DNA of 49,494 nucleotides, from positions 1 through 49,494 of the IMG/VR virus record IMGVR_UViG_3300019476_000014. One strand, written 5' to 3'. Numbering within the stretch: position 1 is the stretch's first letter; each line of letters starts with the position of its first letter. The DNA is from a virus. Position numbers and translations under genes: made by a program. Positions 42,503-49,494 of the stretch are shown one piece after another. A model generated the notes under the pieces. That model had not been told where the DNA came from. It made no database searches and saw only the letters and a list, made by a program, of their open reading frames with translations.

Positions 42503-43246
42503 ATGAACCAGACCATCACCTTTACCTACAAGAACACCAACATCCGCACTATCACCACAGAAGACGGCACACCCCTCTTCTGCGGCAAGGACGTAGCAAT
42601 CACCCTCGGATACGAGAATACGAATGACGCACTGGCTCGTCACTGCAAGGGGGTCCCGTTTTTGGGAACCCCTTGAGACCCCAGGTGGAACCCAGGAAGC
42701 GCGCTTCATCACCGAAGGCGACCTCTACCGATTGATCTTCAACTCCAAACTCCCCACAGCCCAAAAATTCGAAGCATGGGTAGTCGATGAAGTCCTCCCC
42801 TCCATCCGCAAGCACGGCATGTACGCCACTCCTGCCACCATCGAAGACATGCTCGCCAACCCCGACATCATGATCAACGCACTCATGCGCCTCAAGGAAG
42901 AACGAGCAGCCCGCGCCAAGGCCGAAGCAGAAATCGAAGCCCAACGCCCTGTCGCAGCCCTCGGACGAGCCATCGAAACAGCAGAAGGAGACCTCACACC
43001 CAGCCCTTCGCCAAGATCCTGTCGAAGACTCACAAGGACATGGGACCCAACAAGTTCTGCCGATGGCTCCTCAACAACAACTTCGCATTCCGTAACGGCC
43101 AAGGCAAGATCATTCCCATGCAAGACGCCGTCAACCGAGGAATCCTCATCCTGACTGAGCGCATCGACCCTGCCGGCAAGATCAGGCCGCAGCTCCTCGT
43201 CACACCCGCTGGCCAGTCCTACTTCGCAGGCATCCTGAGCGCATAA
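42503..43246 (+). pseudogene. Bro-N/KilA-C-type antirepressor interrupted by two compensating frameshifts
   Basis: The homologous reading runs in frame 0 (42503-42676), frame +1 (to about 42995), then back to frame 0 (to 43246). The pieces are ...FCGKDVAITLGYENTNDALARHCKGV / ETPGGTQEARFITEGDLYRLIF...LPSIRKHGMYATPATIEDMLANPD... / ..FAKILSKTHKDMGPNKFCRWLL...VTPAGQSYF. Confidence 0.7.
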
Positions 43247-43251
43247 CACAC

Positions 43252-43291
43252 AAGGAAGGGGCAACACCGGGTGTGGTGTTGCCCCTTCCTT
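43252..43291. terminator. Bidirectional terminator (17-bp perfect stem)
   Basis: aaggaaggggcaacacc-gggtgt-ggtgttgccccttcctt followed by cttgtctt, between convergent genes. Confidence 0.75.
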
Positions 43292-43297
43292 CTTGTC

Positions 43298-45115
43298 TTA
43301 AGCAGACTGCGCCTCACGATGCTCAAAGCCCCTGAGTGACAACTGGCCAAGAGTAATCCCCGGCGGTGTCGGAAGATCAGCAACCCGAGGCATACCAAAC
43401 AGGTACGCCAAGTCCCACACCGACGTATACGGTTCAGCAGTCACGCTCGCGCCCGACTCACCGTACTCGACAGAATCGATCTGCCATACAGCCCTGTCGA
43501 ACAACGCGCACGTCCCCGCCATACGGCCAAACACCTGCGGCTTGTCCGTCACGGGCTTATTCGCAGTAAACTTCAGCAAGTCATCCATGATCTTCTTCAT
43601 CGTCGTACCCTCAGGCCACTTCTCAGTAGCCTTCTCGGGTAGGGGGCTGTCGGTGAAAGCAGTCACATCAGCAGCCGTCACAGGCTCACGCTCAAAGTCA
43701 TACGTAACATCCGTATACGCCTCATTCAACGGCGTCATACCAGACCACTCAAGACTCGTCTTCGTCCCCAAAGCAGACTGAGCAGCATACACACACGCCG
43801 CATACGCCTTATCCACCGTGTCGATGTACGGGCTGCTAATCTTCAACGGATCCGTCTTACGAGGATACCCCGTATAGAACGTCACAGTCTTCTCGACATA
43901 AGGATAACCCTCACCACAAATACGCAAGAAAGAGTAATCGTTCTGGCCGTCGGATTCAGCCAGTCGATACGGCGCAAGTCGCTTATTCAACATGCCCGTC
44001 ACAGTAACCTTAATCTGATTCGGCTCATCCCCCACTTCGACAAACACACTGCCACCCTCAGCGTTCCACTGCGCAGGGGTAATCGGCTTATTATCCTTGC
44101 CGACAACAACGTAGTAGCTTTTACCAAACTCCTTCGGACCAGGGACCACACCTGACTTCCCAAAATACACCGAACGAGCATCACTAGGATAGTCATATGG
44201 CATCACACAAACAGGCTGCGAAGTAATACTCTTCAAGTGAACAGGAACCTCAAGAACAAATTCCTTCGTCTCGCCAGCGTCTACAGAAAGCACCTCAAGA
44301 TCCTTCAAAGCCTCCAGATAAGACTTATTCAGGTCATAGTTCGGGTACAGCACAATAGTAGGTGCCGGCATATTCTTCGAATAAGGGTTAAAAACAGGCT
44401 TCCCATCAACCCAATAAGCAGCTTCGGAATTACCGCCACTAAACAGATCGTAAAGAGTAGACTCACGATACGTGCACTCAATGCTCGACACAGGCTCAGA
44501 CTGCTCATACGAAATCTTATAGTCAGACGTGTAACCCTGAAGACGAGTAAGAATCGTATGATTCTTAAACACCACAACCGTGTCGTACACCCACGTGATC
44601 TGAAGATCATTAGCCGACAGCCACGACTTCAAGACAGACCACAGATTACCCTTACCGCCAGGAAAATCATAGATATGATCCATAGCGGAGGTAGGGATAG
44701 TAAAAAACCCTCCAGCGACAGAACTAGGATGGAAATTCTGCACATAAATCTTCGGCGCTTCAATGATGCCAGCAGTCCAAAAAAACTTCGCAATAATCTT
44801 TTTCAGCTCCGTATAGACCATAGGCTCAATCGTCGCCTCAATATCCAACAGATAAAAAGGATCATTCAACGTCACAGACCAGACCCAAGGCCCTGTCGTC
44901 AAAGCGCGTGCGACAGCATGAGTACGCCCAAAACGCAAGTCACTGAGCACCACATCCTTGTTCACAACAAGGGCAGGCTCAATGCCTCCAGCACCCTCCA
45001 ACGAGTACTCAGAGAAGCCGCCAGACGCCTGATCGCGATCCAGTGACACACCATCCTCCTGCACAGACCAGTTCGTGAGCTGGCCAGCGGGGATACCGAA
45101 GATACGCATCACCAT
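43298..45115 (-). CDS. Tail tip / tail-associated protein (Tal-like, 605 aa)
   Basis: Start MVMRIFGIPAGQL with RBS ttGGAGGAGtgctactcATG. Second gene after the tape measure gene. Confidence 0.6.
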   Translation of the reverse strand: MVMRIFGIPAGQLTNWSVQEDGVSLDRDQASGGFSEYSLEGAGGIEPALVVNKDVVLSDLRFGRTHAVARALTTGPWVWSVTLNDPFYLLDIEATIEPMVYTELKKIIAKFFWTAGIIEAPKIYVQNFHPSSVAGGFFTIPTSAMDHIYDFPGGKGNLWSVLKSWLSANDLQITWVYDTVVVFKNHTILTRLQGYTSDYKISYEQSEPVSSIECTYRESTLYDLFSGGNSEAAYWVDGKPVFNPYSKNMPAPTIVLYPNYDLNKSYLEALKDLEVLSVDAGETKEFVLEVPVHLKSITSQPVCVMPYDYPSDARSVYFGKSGVVPGPKEFGKSYYVVVGKDNKPITPAQWNAEGGSVFVEVGDEPNQIKVTVTGMLNKRLAPYRLAESDGQNDYSFLRICGEGYPYVEKTVTFYTGYPRKTDPLKISSPYIDTVDKAYAACVYAAQSALGTKTSLEWSGMTPLNEAYTDVTYDFEREPVTAADVTAFTDSPLPEKATEKWPEGTTMKKIMDDLLKFTANKPVTDKPQVFGRMAGTCALFDRAVWQIDSVEYGESGASVTAEPYTSVWDLAYLFGMPRVADLPTPPGITLGQLSLRGFEHREAQSA

Positions 45116-46041
45116 GAGTAGCACTCCTCCAAAGAAACCGAAGCAGAAAAATGACCACGAGCATTATTAACCGTCACAAGACGAGCAGACCCAGGAACAA
45201 CCTTCATATTCCCACCACCAGCCGGATACGAGAACTCGTATTCAGACACACCAGCCAAGACCTGATCAGGATCATACGGTGTAACACGAAGACCACACCA
45301 CGACAACTGACCCTCCTGGCCAGGACGCATCGTAATCTCCCACAAGCCCTCACCCATACTGAAAACCTGATTCTTCAACTTCGTAATAACCGTGCCAGGC
45401 ATCCCACCATCGACACGGGAAATCAGCCACCTAAACGGTTGCTTACCGTCCTCATAGCCCGATGCAAAAAACACCCCATAATAACCCTCAGGGACAACAA
45501 CACGCTCCGTATACGCGCCAACCTTGCTCAACGCCAAAGACGCCTGACGAGCATTCAGTTTACTGAACACATGATCCAACTGATTATTAACAGCAAAAGG
45601 ATCAGGCTTATACACCACAGTAGGATGCTGAGACTTCTCATCAATACTATCCGACACAAACAAAGCCTGCTTCCCCCAATCGTTATACGCGAAAGGAGTA
45701 CCAGCATGAACATGCAAATAAGGCAAACCCATCAACGGCGACAGCATGTTATTGAATGAGAACGGATCAGCATACGACACCCACTCATCCCCGCGATTCA
45801 AAAACAAACGACGAAACAACTCAGCCTGATCACGATTCAAGTACGACCAATTCAGCTCATACTTCCGATGCCCATACACAGAACCATTAATCGACGCAAA
45901 GCCATTCAGCAACGTTGTCGAATCACTACCGAACTGCACACTATCTGCTGTCGGCGACTCATCCGGAGCCGGAAACCATGACATAAGCTTCCCGACCGCG
46001 AAATAAACCTCACGAGTCGAACAACCCCTAGTAAACGCCAC
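45109..46041 (-). CDS. Distal tail protein (Dit-like)
   Basis: First gene after the tape measure gene. GTG start 8 nt after GAGGAG; alternative starts at 46050 and 45984. Confidence 0.55.
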   Translation of the reverse strand: MAFTRGCSTREVYFAVGKLMSWFPAPDESPTADSVQFGSDSTTLLNGFASINGSVYGHRKYELNWSYLNRDQAELFRRLFLNRGDEWVSYADPFSFNNMLSPLMGLPYLHVHAGTPFAYNDWGKQALFVSDSIDEKSQHPTVVYKPDPFAVNNQLDHVFSKLNARQASLALSKVGAYTERVVVPEGYYGVFFASGYEDGKQPFRWLISRVDGGMPGTVITKLKNQVFSMGEGLWEITMRPGQEGQLSWCGLRVTPYDPDQVLAGVSEYEFSYPAGGGNMKVVPGSARLVTVNNARGHFSASVSLEECYSW

Positions 46042-49000
46042 GGTTACCACTCCTCACATTATTGCTGTCAACGTTCTTACTAATAGCCCGTCCATTCAAC
46101 ATGACTGTCGTCGAAACAGCCCGGACAAGCTCACTAAACTGCGCTGGATTAATTGTAACAAGCCCATCACCAGCGCCAGCAGAATAACCACCACCAGACA
46201 TTACCGGCACCTGCATTGTGTTAAGGGCATTCATGAAGCCCTTACCATAGAAATCGACAGCAGGCTGGCTAATTACATACTCACCACTGCGCACACTAAA
46301 CAGCCCGTTGCCATTCGTAGCCAGCAGATTATCAGCCTTCGGATTAGCCGGAGGCCGACCGGGTACCAAACCACCAGAAGCAAAACCCTGAGATGGAATC
46401 AGACCACCATCAAAGAACTGGTAGCCATCCGCCCAAGGACCCGCCTTACCCCAATGGCGCTTACCAGTCAAAACCTGACTCAAATCAGGAACAACCCTCA
46501 TCCGAACAGTAATCGTAGACTGCGAGGGCTGCACCGGAACCGTCACAGGGTCAGCATGAATACCGTCAATAGCGCCCTGTGTCGCACCGACAGACCCATT
46601 ATCCGTCACGTTCTCATGAACATCACGAGGAACCTGACCAATAGTCCCAGTCAGGCTGTCGAACGCACCAGCCAACTCAGTCACCTCACCCTGGTTGTAG
46701 CCCAGCTGAGTCACCTGAGAGATAAACTGCTGCTTCAGAGACTGCGTATACGCCTCGATCTCCTGCGTCGAATGGCCAGCGGCAGCATACGCCTCAATCA
46801 GACCAATCATCTGAGACTGCAACGACCGCAAAGCCTCACGGTTAGCAATAGCCGCCTCCGTGTAACCCTTCAAAGCAAACTGGCCAGCCTGAAGAACTGA
46901 AATCTCCTGACTGTTCTCACCAATCTTCGTCTGAGACTCGTTGATCTTCTGCTTCGCCTCATCAATATCAGTCTGAGTAGACTGCATACGCTCCTCGTCG
47001 CCGTACTTCACAGCGACAGCATGGAAGAACTCAGCATCATGCAACTCCTGCTGGGCCCGACGCATATCCGACGCAAGCTTCTCATTCTCCTTACGAAGAT
47101 TCTTGATCTTGCTCGTCGTATTCTCAACATCCTTGCGCAAAGAGTTGAGGCCCTTGTGGTAATTATCCTGAGCCGTCGTCGAACGCCACCACGACTGCAG
47201 CGCCTTGTCGAGCGCCGACTTCAACCTCGACAGGAAGTCCTCAAAAATCTCAGCAGCAGTCTTCGTCTCCTTACGGGCACGAGACGACGGTGAATGGCCG
47301 CCACCGCCACCACCAGAACGAGGCGAACGGCCACCACCACCGCCACCACCAGACGAACGCTGAGGCTTCGCACGGAAATTCGCAGCACTGAATGCGCTCT
47401 TACCAGCATTCCTGTTAGCAAACGTAGGCAGACGAACCTTCGACTTCTGGCCAAGAGTAAACGACCCCTTACCAGACAGAGACTTCGCGCCGCCAATCTG
47501 TGACATGTAGCCCTGGATCGACTGCCAAATAGCCTGGACCTTACCCAAGAAACCCTGAGCCTGACTCACAGCGTTCGCAGCATTGCCCACCATCTCATTC
47601 AACGACGCATCCGTCGCCGAATGATCCACCTCACCCGACTGATATGGCTGGGCAATAATCGCCGCCATCGTGTCACGCTGAGCCTCAAACGCGCTCATGT
47701 CGAACCCCTGGGCCGACAGGTAATCGATCGTGTCCTGAATCGACTGCTGAGCATACTGGTACGCCTCCTCACCAGTCAGACCCATCTCCTCGATGCCAGC
47801 CGCAGCAGCGTTCCCCATAGCCTGGAAGTAATCCTCAATAGCAGCAATGTTCGCCTGGCCCTCAGCAGAGTTCGGGTCCATCGACGTACCATTCTGCTGC
47901 ATCGACTCATACACCTGCTGCAAAGCACTGTCGAGAGCAGCAGCCGCATCTGTCGATGAAAACATTTCATCAAGCACCGAGCGCAGAACCTCACCAAGAT
48001 CCTTAAACTCGTTCTTAGCGTCGCCGATCTTGAACGACGCCTCCTCAGAGCTGTCGCCAGCCTCAGTCATCTCCTGACCAAACAGCTGAGCGTCGTTCAA
48101 GGCATCGCGCATTGCGCCTCCGACACCCTCAGTCTGACTCTTCACCTCGTTCAAGGCGCTGATCTGCCCCTCAAACTGCGAAGCAATGTCCGCACGCTTA
48201 GTCGCATAAGAAGGCGACTCAGGATCGAGCTTAGCAATCAGCTCATTCTTGCGTGCCTCAAGCTGAGCAATGTACCCATCCACGTACGCGTCAGCAGCAG
48301 CCTTACCGCCGCCCTCAGCCTCCGACGTAGTTGCCAACTTAATGTACTGCGCGTAAGAGAAGCCCATGTCAACAAGAGCCTGCTTGACATCCTTCGACAT
48401 GTTCTTGAAAGAATCAGAACCCTGAATAGCGTCAGAAATCAGCGCCTGCGTGTGCTCGCCGATCTTCAGCGTCGAATAGCCGAACGCCTCAGCCTGAGCA
48501 TGTGTCGTCTGAACAACCTGGCCGGACTTATCCACGTAGTAACCAAGTGCCTCACCATTCGAGGTGAGAGTCTGGCCGTTCTGCTGGATCGTAGCGTTCA
48601 GTTCAGCAAACGAAGTCTGAGCACCGGAGCCAACTTCCTTCGTGTCCTCAGCCAAAGCCTTCAGAATAGCCGACGAGCCACCGACAGCAGCCTTCAAGTT
48701 CTCAGCCTTCTCCGACGCCCCCGTAAACGAGTCACCAAGGTACGTCGCAGCAACAGACGCCGCAGTAATCGCGCCCGTAATAGCCAACCCCCACGGCCCA
48801 CCAAACATAGCCATCAACCCGGAGCCAACAGCAGACAGCTTCGACAAGGCGCCGACAGCCTGGCCAGCACCTGCAGCCACCTGAGCACCTGTCGAAACAG
48901 CCGACGCTGCAGCCTGAGCCTCCTTCGCAGCAGCCGCCTTACCCGCGGCCATAGCGACAGCCGAGTCCGACGCCGCAAGACGCTGATTAGCAGCAGCCGC

Positions 49001-49494
49001 AGCATTAGCAGTACCCGTATTCGCAGCCAAAGCACTGTCGTATGCGACAACACCACCCTGAGCCTGCTTCACAGCCTGCCACACCACACCCCACGACAAG
49101 GTCTGCTGGCCCGTCGCCTGCATCACGCGAGACCCCATCTGCATGTACGTCGCAGACATCGACACCAGCGCTGCCTTCGTCGCCACCATACCTACGCGAG
49201 CAATACCTACAGCGGTCAAGGCACCAACGAACGCCTGAATAGGGGCAGGGAGCTTCGCAAAAGCATTCACAGCCATCGTCGCCACCGTGACAACCGCCTT
49301 CATCGGCACCATGAAACTAGAGTTCATGGCCGCGCCAGCATTCTGCAAAGCGTTCTGGAACTGCTGCAACTTCGCCGACATGGTGTCGGTGATGATCGAC
49401 ATCGAATCATCAATGAATGACGTATTCTTCGACGCCTTCTCAGCCTCCTCCAACTGCTCGACATACAAACCAACACTGTTCGACATACGCGACA
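46028..49494 (-). CDS. Tail tape measure protein, C-terminal part (continuous with 1..1838 across the circular junction)
   Basis: A 1152-aa track ORF whose apparent ATG (49486) equals position 119 and is internal to the full ORF. Ala/Gln-rich helical sequence with Gly-rich tracts SGGGGGGGRSPRSGGGGGGHSP. Whole gene = 1838 + 3340 nt = 1,725 codons plus stop. Confidence 0.85.
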   Translation of the reverse strand, partial: SRMSNSVGLYVEQLEEAEKASKNTSFIDDSMSIITDTMSAKLQQFQNALQNAGAAMNSSFMVPMKAVVTVATMAVNAFAKLPAPIQAFVGALTAVGIARVGMVATKAALVSMSATYMQMGSRVMQATGQQTLSWGVVWQAVKQAQGGVVAYDSALAANTGTANAAAAANQRLAASDSAVAMAAGKAAAAKEAQAAASAVSTGAQVAAGAGQAVGALSKLSAVGSGLMAMFGGPWGLAITGAITAASVAATYLGDSFTGASEKAENLKAAVGGSSAILKALAEDTKEVGSGAQTSFAELNATIQQNGQTLTSNGEALGYYVDKSGQVVQTTHAQAEAFGYSTLKIGEHTQALISDAIQGSDSFKNMSKDVKQALVDMGFSYAQYIKLATTSEAEGGGKAAADAYVDGYIAQLEARKNELIAKLDPESPSYATKRADIASQFEGQISALNEVKSQTEGVGGAMRDALNDAQLFGQEMTEAGDSSEEASFKIGDAKNEFKDLGEVLRSVLDEMFSSTDAAAALDSALQQVYESMQQNGTSMDPNSAEGQANIAAIEDYFQAMGNAAAAGIEEMGLTGEEAYQYAQQSIQDTIDYLSAQGFDMSAFEAQRDTMAAIIAQPYQSGEVDHSATDASLNEMVGNAANAVSQAQGFLGKVQAIWQSIQGYMSQIGGAKSLSGKGSFTLGQKSKVRLPTFANRNAGKSAFSAANFRAKPQRSSGGGGGGGRSPRSGGGGGGHSPSSRARKETKTAAEIFEDFLSRLKSALDKALQSWWRSTTAQDNYHKGLNSLRKDVENTTSKIKNLRKENEKLASDMRRAQQELHDAEFFHAVAVKYGDEERMQSTQTDIDEAKQKINESQTKIGENSQEISVLQAGQFALKGYTEAAIANREALRSLQSQMIGLIEAYAAAGHSTQEIEAYTQSLKQQFISQVTQLGYNQGEVTELAGAFDSLTGTIGQVPRDVHENVTDNGSVGATQGAIDGIHADPVTVPVQPSQSTITVRMRVVPDLSQVLTGKRHWGKAGPWADGYQFFDGGLIPSQGFASGGLVPGRPPANPKADNLLATNGNGLFSVRSGEYVISQPAVDFYGKGFMNALNTMQVPVMSGGGYSAGAGDGLVTINPAQFSELVRAVSTTVMLNGRAISKNVDSNNVRSGNRGVY
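49368..49494. repeat. Terminal overlap, second copy of 1..127
   Basis: Same 127 nt as the window start; unique genome length is therefore 49,367 bp. Confidence 0.95.

Overview
The first 127 bases recur verbatim as the last 127 bases, so this window is a closed circular assembly with a unique length of 49,367 bp. It is a tailed dsDNA phage with a siphovirus-type structural module. Actinobacterial hallmarks are a WhiB-like gene, a sortase-anchored LAKTG surface protein, many GTG/TTG starts and GC-rich hairpin terminators; the host genus cannot be read from the sequence.

Layout:
- Leftward arm (minus strand): starts at a divergent control region near 21.9 kb and runs through small genes, a tRNA-Leu(CAA), dUTPase/NrdH, the lysis cassette, accessory genes, terminase, portal, capsid and tail genes. 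It crosses the window junction inside a 1,725-codon tape measure gene and ends with tail-tip genes at 43298.
- Rightward arm (24155-40228): small early genes followed by a replication and recombination module. That module holds an SNF2 helicase, dCMP deaminase, Cas4-like nuclease, AAA_24/Sak4-like ATPase, DUF669-like protein, primase/helicase, family A DNA polymerase, WhiB-like protein and RuvC-like resolvase.
- Opposite-strand insertion (41668-43291): an HTH/Bro-N/antirepressor cassette that separates two receptor-binding-type tail genes (40344-41625) from the rest of the tail module.

Most unusual content:
1. A 2.2-kb ORF-free hub (21936-24154) carries two different repeat arrays, a 20-25 % G+C island, divergent promoter candidates and compact RNA folds.
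2. Four tRNA-like elements have perfect acceptor stems and canonical T-arms but are far too short to be tRNAs. Three of them sit immediately after stop codons of early genes.
3. An LPXTG surface-protein moron lies inside the lysis cassette.
4. A (GACT)4 repeat sets the reading frame of a small gene.
5. The tail-chaperone ORF pair has +1 rather than -1 geometry.
6. An antirepressor gene is broken by two compensating frameshifts.

I found no integrase, CI-type repressor or CRISPR array. All functional calls rest on motifs I recognise by eye and on gene order; none was checked against a database.
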